Below the pieces are notes generated by a model, which was given only the letters and a program-made list of their open reading frames with translations, was not told the DNA's origin and did not search any database. Made by a program: the position numbers and the translations under genes. Below are positions 34,517-43,935 of a DNA stretch of 64,000 nucleotides, one piece after another. The stretch's first letter is position 1; the number at the start of each line of letters is the position of its first letter. The DNA is taken from the sequence record MZ475897.1. One strand, 5' to 3'.

Positions 34517-35662
34517 ATGACTAATTCATCTCTGCCTTTCGTTTCTTGGTTCGAACGTGACAACTACTTTGATGACATGCTTGAGCGCCTCGATCTCAAA
34601 CGTCTCTGGGGTTATGTTGAAAAGAACAACGTGGTCAACAAGACTAAATACAATCTGCCTAACCTCACTGCCTACCACACCACCGAGCACATGAAAGAAG
34701 TTGCGTGCATTGCGTCCTCTCTACTGCACCGCGAGTCGAACCACGACTGGCAGATTCGTCTGATGGAATATCCGTTAGTCGTCGCGTGCCTTTTCCACGA
34801 TATGAATCACAGTCTGGGTAAATATACTGATGACGTGAACATCAACTATGCGCTCGTTGCGTTTAATGACTATCTTAATAGCAAAGATGAGAATCAGGGC
34901 AACGACAAGCTGCTGTTTGAATATCGCGATCAGATCTGTGCGCTGATTCGATGCACTCAATTCCCGTTCCATGACTCACGCAAGCCAACTAACCTGATGG
35001 AACGCTGCATTCGTGATGCGGACATTTTATACGGCCTGCAGGATGACGCAATGCCTGCTGTTGTGATTGGTCTACTGGATGAAGTGAACGTTCGTTTGGC
35101 TCCAGACAGCAAATACTCCACCGCACAGTGGGTGGCAGGTCGCATTGAGTTCCTGTTGTCGTGTGAGATGTTCACCGAAACTGCTAACAAAATCTTCTGC
35201 GATGCGCTCAGCACCAACAGTCCAAACTATCACGGTAATGTGCTGCAATCTTTCCTTGAGATGAAAGTGCGGCTGATCGATGTTCGTGCAGGTAAGCTGC
35301 GTGGTGGTGATGTTATCTGGACAGATACAGAGAACGACTCAACCTATCGTCCACGCCAGATCAGAAACATCGGCAATGAAGCACTACCAGACGTTAACGT
35401 GTATTTCACTGACGGTCAGGCTTGTGGTTATCGTAGCGGTGAGACCGTTCAGTTGCTGCCTAACACTGAGATGGTGAAGCTCGAAGACATTGTAGTTGGC
35501 GACATTATTCTTGAGCCTGCACAGGGTGAAGTGAAGCGCGATCTGCATCGCATCGTAAACATCGCTAACGGTGGCCTGCATGAAAGCGTGCTCTATCTCG
35601 AAAATGGCGGTGTGTTTACGTCAGCGCCCAAAGGCCGTGTCTGTCGTGTAGTCAGCAAATAA
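34517..35662 (+). CDS. HD-domain phosphohydrolase with C-terminal tandem repeats
   Basis: YHTTEH, CLFHDMNHS, IRCTQFP, IRDADIL. Confidence 0.8.
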   Translation: MTNSSLPFVSWFERDNYFDDMLERLDLKRLWGYVEKNNVVNKTKYNLPNLTAYHTTEHMKEVACIASSLLHRESNHDWQIRLMEYPLVVACLFHDMNHSLGKYTDDVNINYALVAFNDYLNSKDENQGNDKLLFEYRDQICALIRCTQFPFHDSRKPTNLMERCIRDADILYGLQDDAMPAVVIGLLDEVNVRLAPDSKYSTAQWVAGRIEFLLSCEMFTETANKIFCDALSTNSPNYHGNVLQSFLEMKVRLIDVRAGKLRGGDVIWTDTENDSTYRPRQIRNIGNEALPDVNVYFTDGQACGYRSGETVQLLPNTEMVKLEDIVVGDIILEPAQGEVKRDLHRIVNIANGGLHESVLYLENGGVFTSAPKGRVCRVVSK

Positions 35663-35663
35663 C

Positions 35664-35707
35664 TGGACGAAATAAGGCTACTCTGCTTAGGCTGCTTATG
35701 CTATAAT
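35664..35707 (+). promoter_or_regulatory. TGGAC-class promoter
   Basis: TGGACGAAAT 38 nt upstream of TATAAT with extended -10 TG. Confidence 0.8.
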
Positions 35708-35749
35708 ATGCGTGAGCAGTCATTTATCCTATTCTCAAGGGAGAAACGT

Positions 35750-36424
35750 ATGTACAGATCATTCAATCCAGATATGACAGGCAAGTTTTTCGTAATCGAA
35801 CACAGCTTTAAAATTCAAAACATCTTTTGGATGGGCTTCAAAACGATTGATGGCAGAGAAATCATTTTGCCTATTCCTGCACGTGACGCACAGAGTGGTT
35901 ATCGTGTTGGCCGAGAAGCGGCCTTCCCTGTAATTCGCTCCAACATTAATACGAACGCTGACCCAGATTCAGACGTCTTGTTCGAACATACGGTAGGCAT
36001 CTTGCATATGCGAGCACGCCGTTTCGAAACTCAGATCATGACGCGCACTGCCGTCTCTTATACTGGCTTGCTGCCTGACGTCCGTATGGCAAAAGAGGGC
36101 GAGCGCTATGTTACGCCTCTTAATTCGTTTGAAGGTCCTCTTATTCCTGCACTGAGTCGTCGTCTTACTCATTTCTGCGAAGAAACGCCGATGCTGCACA
36201 GTTCTTTCCTTGAGACGTTCTCTGACGAAGAGTGGTCGAAACTGAAAGCCGCACCTGTATCAATCAATGATTGGCATAGTGTTTCTAACTCTATTCGTGA
36301 GGGTAAGCTAAAGCCTACAGTTAATATCCCAGACTTCTATCTGTCTACCAGTAAAGAAGATACGACAATACCGTCAGACGTTATCGAATATTACGCCGAA
36401 GCTAACGCACGAGGTGACATATAG
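35750..36424 (+). CDS. hypothetical protein
   Basis: GGGAG SD. Confidence 0.8.
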   Translation: MYRSFNPDMTGKFFVIEHSFKIQNIFWMGFKTIDGREIILPIPARDAQSGYRVGREAAFPVIRSNINTNADPDSDVLFEHTVGILHMRARRFETQIMTRTAVSYTGLLPDVRMAKEGERYVTPLNSFEGPLIPALSRRLTHFCEETPMLHSSFLETFSDEEWSKLKAAPVSINDWHSVSNSIREGKLKPTVNIPDFYLSTSKEDTTIPSDVIEYYAEANARGDI

Positions 36425-36657
36425 TGAGCAACGTCATTCATCAAACATCCGAGACTGTGTTCTACGTTCTCGGTGCTGTAACCCTTCTTGCTCACCTTGT
36501 GGGCTTCGTTAAGAACTGGCTCAAGATTCATGAGATGCGCCAGAAGCGCCGCGACAAACTCGCAAAAGCTAAAACTCCGCACGAAAAGATGCAACGCCGT
36601 CTGGGTAAAGCTCGACGTGATGCTCTGCTTTATAAACCTCGCAAAGTAAGGAATTGA
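36424..36657 (+). CDS. small protein with N-terminal membrane helix
   Basis: GTG start; hydrophobic segment then basic tail. Confidence 0.65.
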   Translation: MSNVIHQTSETVFYVLGAVTLLAHLVGFVKNWLKIHEMRQKRRDKLAKAKTPHEKMQRRLGKARRDALLYKPRKVRN

Positions 36658-36962
36658 TTATGTCTTCTGATTTACGCCGCAAGCTCATGGCCGTGCTCGA
36701 CAAGATGTTTGAGCACAAGTCTGAAAACAATCTCGCAGACGACACGGCCTACTCCGTACCTCGTTCTGAGTTCTCTATGATTGCACCTGAGAGTGCTGCT
36801 GAGAAATGCGCGGTCATTGCCGAGATTCTGCGTGACGGCCACATCATCAATCTGTACGGTCCGTATGCTGTTACTGTCAGTCGTGATAGTGAAGGCCAAC
36901 AGGTGTTTGTGTTCGTCCGCGTTCCGGACTATCAAGACATTGTTGCTGTGGAGAAACTGTGA
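36654..36962 (+). CDS. hypothetical protein
   Basis: Overlap-coupled ORF. Confidence 0.7.
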   Translation: MIMSSDLRRKLMAVLDKMFEHKSENNLADDTAYSVPRSEFSMIAPESAAEKCAVIAEILRDGHIINLYGPYAVTVSRDSEGQQVFVFVRVPDYQDIVAVEKL

Positions 36963-37510
36963 TGGAACAGATCGACATGTTCTACCAAGATCAGCCTCAG
37001 CAAACAACAACGCGTGCTGAATACTATAACCCGCACATCTCGGAAGAAGATCGTCTTCGCCAGTGGCGTTATGTGCAAGCTGCATTCGGTGGCGGTCCTG
37101 CAGGTAGTCCTATTCGCATCGAGAAGATGCCGAAAGACATTACCAACATTCATGAGTTCATCATTGTGCCTAACGAGAAACAGCGTAAGGAAATGAATGA
37201 ACTCATGGGAGATCCCCAAGACCCGTCCGACCAGAAGTATCTGACGATGCTGTACACGTACACGACAAAAGTCGGTATGATGGTACGCTCGTTCCAAGAG
37301 CTGGCTGAACGTGGTGGCCCTATGGGTTGTCTCAACGTGTTCACTACAACGAACATCTATGAGTCTCGCCTGCTTGTGTTCTGGAATAAGAACCCTCTCG
37401 AAGATCAAGAGGAGTACACACAGTGGCTTGACCACATTCGCGGTAACTTCAACAAGAAGTCCCGACGCTTCTATGAGATTTCCTCAGAGCGTGAACTTTA
37501 CTCAGCATAA
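36959..37510 (+). CDS. hypothetical protein
   Basis: Overlap-coupled ORF. Confidence 0.8.
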   Translation: MMEQIDMFYQDQPQQTTTRAEYYNPHISEEDRLRQWRYVQAAFGGGPAGSPIRIEKMPKDITNIHEFIIVPNEKQRKEMNELMGDPQDPSDQKYLTMLYTYTTKVGMMVRSFQELAERGGPMGCLNVFTTTNIYESRLLVFWNKNPLEDQEEYTQWLDHIRGNFNKKSRRFYEISSERELYSA

Positions 37511-37516
37511 TTCATT

Positions 37517-37534
37517 TTGGCCTTGCGGGGCCAA
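37517..37534 (+). terminator. hairpin
   Basis: TTGGCCT-TGCG-GGGCCAA. Confidence 0.55.
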
Positions 37535-37547
37535 TTAGGAGAACATC

Positions 37548-38939
37548 ATGATTTTCGATCTGCGCAAAAGTTTGGCCATGGTTCGTACCGTAATCGATGA
37601 CCAAGTAATCTATAACTTCTACAACATGATTGGCCGCGATATGCAACTGCCCGGTACTACTCTCAAAGAGATTATCGACGTGCAGCGTAAGGGCGAACTG
37701 TGCACCAACATCATGTGGGGTACTCAGAAGATGGAGTATCGCACACTCAGATTCGATGAGCGTGGTGATCTTCTCTTAGACGTGACCGTTGGTCCGCATT
37801 GCTACGCACGGCTCTCTTACGATCAGATTGAACACTATGGGCGCAAAGAGTTTAAGGCTATTAACTGCATCGAGATCGATAGCTACCTAGCCCGTGACAT
37901 TAGAGCGCATCTTCGCGCAGTGGGCCAAACTGAGCCTAAGCTCGAATGGTATGACAACGTGTCGGATGATGAACTGAAGGACGCTCTACTTTCAGTTGGT
38001 CACATGGGACCTCTGGCTTATGAAGGTAAATCTCGTAACCAGTTAGAGAACATGTTTGAGAAATTCCAGCGTAAGCACGATGCAGAATACAAGTACACGC
38101 ACGCGCATATTGGCATAGACCCAGACGAAAAGCTGCCTGCTGATTTGTATGAAGATGAGGCACGCGCAATCTCTCGTCGCTCCTTTGCTCCTCAGAAGAC
38201 TGTCGATATGATGATCACTGAGATCTCAAACGTGATGCGCATGTTCGATATCTGGGACTCAGCGCCAACCTCTGAGACGCATGAGTGGTCAATGCAGGAA
38301 GCATACATGGCCTTCTATAACAGCTTAGTGATTGACAGCGATGGCAGCCGTCTGCGTGAACTGAAAGATAATCCACAGTTCGCTATCAACTTCATCTACG
38401 GCATGGCGGCTGACCTGAATTGGATTCACATCAACGAAATGACCGAAGACTATCGTGGCTCGGTTGTGAATCGCATCCTGCAGGAGATTGCTGTTGAGAT
38501 CAGCACCTCTGATGATTACTGCACGACGGAGCACGGCATCGCTCTTATTAAGAAAGAAGAAGAAGAGACAGAAGAAGAGGAGGATGCTTCTGAGCCAGTC
38601 TCCATCGAAAAGAAAAAGAAGAAAGGCTTTCCGGATATTCGTTCAGTAGAAGAGGTGAACTATGACGCACTGCATATCATCGAGATTACATACAAACTGC
38701 CCAAGCAGCCTAAGCTGCGCACTAAGCTAGACGTACTGCAATCTCGTGAGTGCTATCTTGAGCACTTCTTCGGTTGTTTGAAAGAAAATGATTGGCATAG
38801 ATTAGGCAATATCACTAATCTTGATCTGCGCCGTATTGTTGGTGCTGTTACTAAATCTAATGGTGGTAGATTCAGCCACAACGCCCTGTTAAACATAATT
38901 AAACGTGCAGCTAAGAAACTGGCTGCCACTGAGTTCTAA
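37548..38939 (+). CDS. hypothetical protein with HeH-like module and E-rich tract
   Basis: 463 aa; YDNVSDDELKDALLSVG...SRNQLENMF. Confidence 0.85.
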   Translation: MIFDLRKSLAMVRTVIDDQVIYNFYNMIGRDMQLPGTTLKEIIDVQRKGELCTNIMWGTQKMEYRTLRFDERGDLLLDVTVGPHCYARLSYDQIEHYGRKEFKAINCIEIDSYLARDIRAHLRAVGQTEPKLEWYDNVSDDELKDALLSVGHMGPLAYEGKSRNQLENMFEKFQRKHDAEYKYTHAHIGIDPDEKLPADLYEDEARAISRRSFAPQKTVDMMITEISNVMRMFDIWDSAPTSETHEWSMQEAYMAFYNSLVIDSDGSRLRELKDNPQFAINFIYGMAADLNWIHINEMTEDYRGSVVNRILQEIAVEISTSDDYCTTEHGIALIKKEEEETEEEEDASEPVSIEKKKKKGFPDIRSVEEVNYDALHIIEITYKLPKQPKLRTKLDVLQSRECYLEHFFGCLKENDWHRLGNITNLDLRRIVGAVTKSNGGRFSHNALLNIIKRAAKKLAATEF

Positions 38940-38973
38940 TCCACTATTATACCTAACATTGTAGGGAACCAAA

Positions 38974-39396
38974 ATGAATTTCAATCCAAACATCATTGTT
39001 GTTGATCGTGTTGTCGTCATTGCCACCAAAGAGACCACAGACAAGTGGGCTGTTGCTGCAAAGCAAGATCGTGACAACGCGCAGTTCGGTATGGCTTTAT
39101 TGCACGCGGAGCTTCAACGTAAAATCAGTAGCACGCTGCGTAACGCCAACCCTGAATCGATGTTCCGTCCAGAGATATTCTGGGCAGACTACGGCCCGCT
39201 CACCGTTAGCGGCTTCATGTATATTGAGAGCAGTGCGGACGAAGAAGTGTTGAATCAGGCAGATGACCGCGATTACCTGTGTCATCTCGAAGCGATCAAA
39301 AACATCGCCGCATCTATGGGGCACACCGTTGTTATTCAGCGTGTGAAAGCCCAGTTCCCTATTGTTGATACTCGCGTACCTGTTGCTTATGCCTAA
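38974..39396 (+). CDS. hypothetical protein
   Basis: 140-aa ORF. Confidence 0.75.
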   Translation: MNFNPNIIVVDRVVVIATKETTDKWAVAAKQDRDNAQFGMALLHAELQRKISSTLRNANPESMFRPEIFWADYGPLTVSGFMYIESSADEEVLNQADDRDYLCHLEAIKNIAASMGHTVVIQRVKAQFPIVDTRVPVAYA

Positions 39397-39406
39397 GAGG
39401 TGACCT

Positions 39407-39703
39407 ATGTCTGAACAAACTCAATTGCCTGGCCAAGTCGTTATCGTTTGTGTTATGCAGGAATCTGATTCTTTCATGGGCCAGAAGTTTGATGGCTATG
39501 TGTACTTGCTCAATCCAGAACACAAAGAGATGTTTGAACGTCACCTGCAGGCGCACAAAAGCCGTGAGAACTACTCACGCATTATCAGCCACGCTAATCA
39601 CTATATAACTAGCACGGGCTTCGATGCGCTTCATGCTGCTATACGCAAAGATGCAAACAGACCCTGGCTGTGGTCAGATACTGATTACACGATAACTGCA
39701 TAA
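39407..39703 (+). CDS. hypothetical protein
   Basis: GAGGTG SD. Confidence 0.75.
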   Translation: MSEQTQLPGQVVIVCVMQESDSFMGQKFDGYVYLLNPEHKEMFERHLQAHKSRENYSRIISHANHYITSTGFDALHAAIRKDANRPWLWSDTDYTITA

Positions 39704-39706
39704 ATC

Positions 39707-39750
39707 TGGACAAAATAGAGGTAGCTAGAAAAAGCTGCCTCTGATATACT
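39707..39750 (+). promoter_or_regulatory. TGGAC-class promoter
   Basis: TGGACAAAAT-AGAGGTAGCT-AGAAAA-AGCTGCCTCT-GATATACT; 38 nt spacing. Confidence 0.82.
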
Positions 39751-39803
39751 AAAAGCGTAGCTTGTGCTGCGCTTTTTTACTTTCTGTCTGAGGAGACAAC
39801 AAA

Positions 39804-40259
39804 ATGAAACCAATCAAAGCAACTGAGGCTGACAAAGCGCTTCAAAACGAATGTATGGATGCTGTTGCTCAGTGCATTATCCTGAACACGCCCGACTGGC
39901 GCGATGTGGCGATTGCAGGTTTGCGCCTGTATCTGGTTGCATCGAGTATGAGCGGTGCGGAACTTCCGTGTATGCAATTCGAACATAACGGCAAGCCGTG
40001 TCGTTTATCGTTTAAGATGAACCTTGTTGATGAAGGCGAAGAGTTCACTCCAAACGAAGTCAACCAAGCTCACCAACAAGAAATGGTCGAATGCATCCTT
40101 GCTAAGACCGAAGCGCTCGGTGGTTACAGTTACTTTGATTTGTTCATTTGCGCGGGCCGCCTGTTTATGATTGGCTTCGACGGTATGGCCGACACCGTTC
40201 CTGCTCTGATGTTCCGCTCAGACAAAAAGAATTACCGCGTCAACTTGATCAACGGATAA
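39804..40259 (+). CDS. hypothetical protein with internal duplication
   Basis: GAGGAG SD; two ~60-aa similar halves. Confidence 0.8.
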   Translation: MKPIKATEADKALQNECMDAVAQCIILNTPDWRDVAIAGLRLYLVASSMSGAELPCMQFEHNGKPCRLSFKMNLVDEGEEFTPNEVNQAHQQEMVECILAKTEALGGYSYFDLFICAGRLFMIGFDGMADTVPALMFRSDKKNYRVNLING

Positions 40260-40262
40260 GCT

Positions 40263-40445
40263 GTGAAGACCACCAACGACCTGATTAAAGAATTAAAGCA
40301 ACATCGTGTTATCATCATTGAAGAACACGACAAGCATATTCTGCCTGACCTGACATTCGCCCTGAGTTGCTTGTGCATCGATCATACTAAACGTGTGGTC
40401 GAAACAAAGCGTAGTGCTCAGGCAACCAAAATCAAACTCGCATGA
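40263..40445 (+). CDS. hypothetical protein
   Basis: GTG start; fills the gap between two genes. Confidence 0.55.
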   Translation: MKTTNDLIKELKQHRVIIIEEHDKHILPDLTFALSCLCIDHTKRVVETKRSAQATKIKLA

Positions 40446-40455
40446 GGAAATGATT

Positions 40456-40902
40456 ATGACCTTCAATGAAGTCCCAACGAAAGCTCAACTCAGTCTTCTG
40501 GCTATGGCTGTTATGGCGTGCGCCGAGATTATGTGTCGCGGCCAAGAGACTGCCGCACAAAAACAAGCTGTCGACCTGCTGTGTGCTCGATTCGGTTTGA
40601 CTCTGGAAGATCTCACCCAGTTGACTAAGCTGCCTCCTGAAATCGATCAGTATGTGCAGAAAGTTATGGACGAAGGCGCTAAGCGACCTGTATCTGACTT
40701 TGAGGCCAAAGCAGAGCCTGTGCCTGAATACAGTCAAGACGACCTTGATCTAATTCGCGTAGAATACGAGCCAATCGATACGTCTGTCCTGCGCCAGGGC
40801 GCTGTGAATGATGGTGTTATCACAGTGCAGCAAGCAGCCGCTTATGATCGTACTCAGATACTGACTGCTATTCTTGAGCACCGTCTGCGCTCAGAAGCAT
40901 AA
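40456..40902 (+). CDS. hypothetical protein
   Basis: GAGGA SD. Confidence 0.8.
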   Translation: MTFNEVPTKAQLSLLAMAVMACAEIMCRGQETAAQKQAVDLLCARFGLTLEDLTQLTKLPPEIDQYVQKVMDEGAKRPVSDFEAKAEPVPEYSQDDLDLIRVEYEPIDTSVLRQGAVNDGVITVQQAAAYDRTQILTAILEHRLRSEA

Positions 40903-40905
40903 ATC

Positions 40906-40949
40906 TGGACAAAATCGTGGTTGTAGCAAAAACCGTCCTATGTTATAAT
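40906..40949 (+). promoter_or_regulatory. TGGAC-class promoter
   Basis: TGGACAAAAT; TTGTAG 17 nt before TATAAT; extended -10 TG. Confidence 0.85.
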
Positions 40950-40992
40950 AGAGATGTAGCGTAGACGTGAGGTATGCGCTATAAATTGAATG

Positions 40993-41084
40993 ACGCGTTT
41001 TTGCTTGACTGTAAGGTAGCGGTATCTTACAGTCCTTTTTCAAGTGGCTTCGAAGTTTGAGGCTTCTTGCGAAAGGTCAAACGT
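40993..41084 (+). ncRNA. candidate structured RNA element, copy 1 (5' leader)
   Basis: GACTGTAAG/CTTACAGTC stem, then CTTTTTCAAG/CTTGCGAAAG stem, closed by CGTTT/AAACG; paralogue at 42050-42135. Confidence 0.55.
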
Positions 41085-41158
41085 ACCTTTGAGCGTTTTC
41101 GGATTTACGCGGTTTTCACCGACTGCGCTCTCACTTTAAACCGCAAAGGAAATACATC

Positions 41159-41980
41159 ATGCCAGAAGCACGCAAACCTCGCCCAGCTGATCGTTTCGCT
41201 AAAGCCCGTGCAGAGAAAAACTCACCGGAGCGTCAAGATGCGGCAGCCCAGCGCACGTATAAAGACACTCCGCCTAAATCTGTTCAGGTGAAACTTGATG
41301 CTGTGGCAGCTTCTAAGAAGAAAGTTTCTCGCGGCCCCAAGGCCTCTCGTCCACGTCAGTCGCCTGCTGTTGACGCAGCACCAAAGCCTCGCATTCGTGA
41401 TGAGGAACGTGTGTTCAATCTTGTACACATGATTCTCTCTGCGTGGAAAGCCGATGCAGAAAATGAGGCCACAAGTGTGGGAATAATCAAAGTGTCTCGT
41501 CGTAAGATTGAGGGCGCGTTACGCGATCTCAAGAATACGCGCTTCACTAAAATCCCAGGCTTAATCAATGACGTGCTTGTCTACAATGAACTGGTAGCTG
41601 AGTTCGGTCAGTGGGTGTACGTCGAGCACGACAGTCCTGATTGGATTTTTGTGCGCCTGCCTGAAAACAGCACGCCTGTGATTCGCGCTGACATTAGCTA
41701 CGCCAAGACGGGTGAAACTTCCACGTCTGTTTCGACTTCTAGTGAAGTTCTGCTGGAAGATCTCAACGAAGACGAAGAAGATGAGATCCCCGAGAATGTC
41801 GAGTACGACGATGCGGACGAGACGGACGAAGACGAAGAGGAGCCGTACGATTACAGCGCTTGGTCTCTGCGTGACCTGCAAGATTATGCAAAGCGCTATG
41901 ACTTCCTGCAGCCCGACACTGAGGGGTTCGATGATCGCGAGAAGTTGATAGCAGCCATCGAGCTTGGGGAACAGCACTAA
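41159..41980 (+). CDS. hypothetical protein: basic N-terminus, acidic tract, C-terminal HeH-like module
   Basis: AAGGA SD; YSAWSLRDLQDYAKRYDF...DDREKLIAAI. Confidence 0.85.
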   Translation: MPEARKPRPADRFAKARAEKNSPERQDAAAQRTYKDTPPKSVQVKLDAVAASKKKVSRGPKASRPRQSPAVDAAPKPRIRDEERVFNLVHMILSAWKADAENEATSVGIIKVSRRKIEGALRDLKNTRFTKIPGLINDVLVYNELVAEFGQWVYVEHDSPDWIFVRLPENSTPVIRADISYAKTGETSTSVSTSSEVLLEDLNEDEEDEIPENVEYDDADETDEDEEEPYDYSAWSLRDLQDYAKRYDFLQPDTEGFDDREKLIAAIELGEQH

Positions 41981-41989
41981 GCACAAATA

Positions 41990-42034
41990 TGGACAAAATA
42001 GTGGTAGCATCTAAAGCATGACCTGTGCTACACT
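41990..42034 (+). promoter_or_regulatory. TGGAC-class promoter
   Basis: TGGACAAAAT 39 nt upstream of TACACT with extended -10 TG. Confidence 0.78.
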
Positions 42035-42049
42035 ATAGATCGAATGCCT

Positions 42050-42135
42050 TGTAGTTTTTTGACTGTGAGTTACTTTCCGGCTCACAGTCCTTTTTAAAGT
42101 GCTCTCCCAAGAACGCTTTAAAAAGCACAGACTGC
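42050..42135 (+). ncRNA. candidate small ncRNA, copy 2
   Basis: GACTGTGAG/CTCACAGTC and CTTTTTAAAGTG/CGCTTTAAAAAG stems, closed by GTAGTT/GACTGC; lies between two promoters with no long ORF. Confidence 0.6.
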
Positions 42136-42162
42136 CTGCGCTTTTGATAGACAGCATAAATC

Positions 42163-42206
42163 TGGACAAAATCATGGTTGTATCAGAATGCTGCCTGTCA
42201 TACACT
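42163..42206 (+). promoter_or_regulatory. TGGAC-class promoter
   Basis: TGGACAAAAT 38 nt upstream of TACACT; TTGTAT at -35. Confidence 0.78.
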
Positions 42207-42267
42207 TTAATGAGTCGAGCAATAGTGCTCGCAACAAACTAAATCCCAATACTGAGGAGTATTACAC

Positions 42268-43860
42268 ATGGCACGTTTCGAAACTAACACTAACCTGGTT
42301 GGCAAAACTATCGTCCTGCTGAACGGCACCAAAGCGAAGATTGAAGACGCTATCGTTTCTGGCTACAAAGTGAAAGGCCAGACCAAGCGCATCGCAACCC
42401 GTGACGTTATCAAAGAGGGTGCGCACTTTAAAGAAATCGAGCGCACGCCGCTGAGCCAGCTGGAAGATACTGGCGAAGGTTATGTGAAGTTGAAAGAAGC
42501 CAAAGCCGCTTCTAAGAAAGCGCCTGCGAAAGACGCGAAAGCTACTGGCAAAAAAGCTGCGGCAAAAGACAAGCCTGCTAAGACCAGCAAAAAAGCTGCG
42601 GCCAAAGATAAGCCAGCGAAAGAGACTGAGCCGAAAGTTCGCCGTAAGTCTGCGAAAGAGCAGGGCAACGATTATCAGGAACTCGCGCAGGCTATCATCA
42701 AAGGCGGTCGCCGTGCAGCGCCAGTTGAAATTGACAGCGTAGACGAAGCGCTGACCGATGCTATCGCTAAGCGTCTGACCGCTGTTGTCGAATCGTCTGA
42801 GATTGCGAAACTCGCCGCTGATAACAAAACGCCTATCGCTAACGCACTGACCGTAACTTACGGCGCTGAGTTTGCGACTGATGCAAACGTTGTGCAGATT
42901 ACGCTGAACCTGCAATACGCTAAGCCGACTGTCGTTGAGTCTGCCGCTCCTACTCTGGAGAATGCAGAAGCAATCGCAATGCGTGCTGCTAAAATGGCCG
43001 CGCCTAAAGTGAGCGCTAAACTCAAGAAGGCAGTGCGTGAAGCGTTCGACATTGAAACAGACCTCGAGCTGGGCACTGTGATTATGTCTGGCGATGATCA
43101 ATTCGCTTACTACGGCGAAAGCGCGAAGCACGCTGGCAAAGCGCTGCTGTATGTTGTCGAAACTGACAAGTTCAAATCTGTCCTGGCCTCTACTCTGACC
43201 GACTACGAACTGCCTGCTGATGAAGAAGCTGAGGCAGAAGAGGAGGAAGAAGAAGAAGAAGAGGAAGAAGAAGAAGCCGCTGATGACTTCGACGACGAAG
43301 AGGAAGAAGATGCGGATGCCCCAGATGACCTTGACGACACCGATGGCGACGACGACGAATTCCAGTACGTTGCTGTAGGCGATGAGCACTTTGCTCTGGT
43401 CAACAAAAAGGTCACAGCCAAGTATCACGATGCGCTGGCTGAGCAATTCGGCGTTAGCACCGAAGCGCTGGTCCCAGGCTTAGTGTTGACCAACGGCGAG
43501 ATCACTTTCGCTTATCTGGGCAACGATAGCAAAGGCGGCCTGCTCGTTATCGACCTCGACGACGATGCGGACGAAGACGACAACGTTCTGGTCTACCCGA
43601 AAGCCGACGTTAAATCTCTGACCGACTTCTCTCCTGTGCTGGGTGATGCAGATGAAGAAGACGCAGACGATGCAGAAGAGACCGACGAAGAAGACGAAGA
43701 TCAGGACGACGACTTCGAATTTGACGATGCGCCGACTGCCGACCTCGAAGATCTGTCCGACGATGAGCTGCGTGACCGCGCTGTTGAGATGGGCCTGACC
43801 ACTGTACGCAAAGCTGACAAAATGAACGCCAAGCAACTGCGTGCGCTGCTGTCTGAATAA
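42268..43860 (+). CDS. multidomain K/A-rich + D/E-rich protein with C-terminal HeH-like module
   Basis: GAGGAG SD; KKAAAKDKPAK x2; poly-E/D linkers; LEDLSDDELRDRAVEMGLTTVRKADKMNAKQLRALL. Confidence 0.9.
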   Translation: MARFETNTNLVGKTIVLLNGTKAKIEDAIVSGYKVKGQTKRIATRDVIKEGAHFKEIERTPLSQLEDTGEGYVKLKEAKAASKKAPAKDAKATGKKAAAKDKPAKTSKKAAAKDKPAKETEPKVRRKSAKEQGNDYQELAQAIIKGGRRAAPVEIDSVDEALTDAIAKRLTAVVESSEIAKLAADNKTPIANALTVTYGAEFATDANVVQITLNLQYAKPTVVESAAPTLENAEAIAMRAAKMAAPKVSAKLKKAVREAFDIETDLELGTVIMSGDDQFAYYGESAKHAGKALLYVVETDKFKSVLASTLTDYELPADEEAEAEEEEEEEEEEEEEAADDFDDEEEEDADAPDDLDDTDGDDDEFQYVAVGDEHFALVNKKVTAKYHDALAEQFGVSTEALVPGLVLTNGEITFAYLGNDSKGGLLVIDLDDDADEDDNVLVYPKADVKSLTDFSPVLGDADEEDADDAEETDEEDEDQDDDFEFDDAPTADLEDLSDDELRDRAVEMGLTTVRKADKMNAKQLRALLSE

Positions 43861-43881
43861 GTAACCTGTAGTTCTGAATAC

Positions 43882-43903
43882 ATGCGGCTCGAAAGGGCCG
43901 CAT
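43882..43903 (+). terminator. hairpin
   Basis: ATGCGGCTC-GAAA-GGGCCGCAT. Confidence 0.6.
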
Positions 43904-43935
43904 ACTGACAACAAAGTTGATTGAGGAATCACATT

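Noticed and set aside
35260-35660. HD-protein C-terminal repeats as an intein/Hint domain
   Set aside because: L+xGD motif recalls Hint but there is no N-terminal Cys/Ser block and no HN-[CST] end
40993-42135. Structured elements as tRNA genes
   Set aside because: No cloverleaf, no TTC loop motif in the right place, no acceptor stem/CCA
42262-43446. 394-aa minus-strand ORF
   Set aside because: Antisense shadow of the codon-biased 42268 gene; F/L/S low-complexity translation; no SD or promoter
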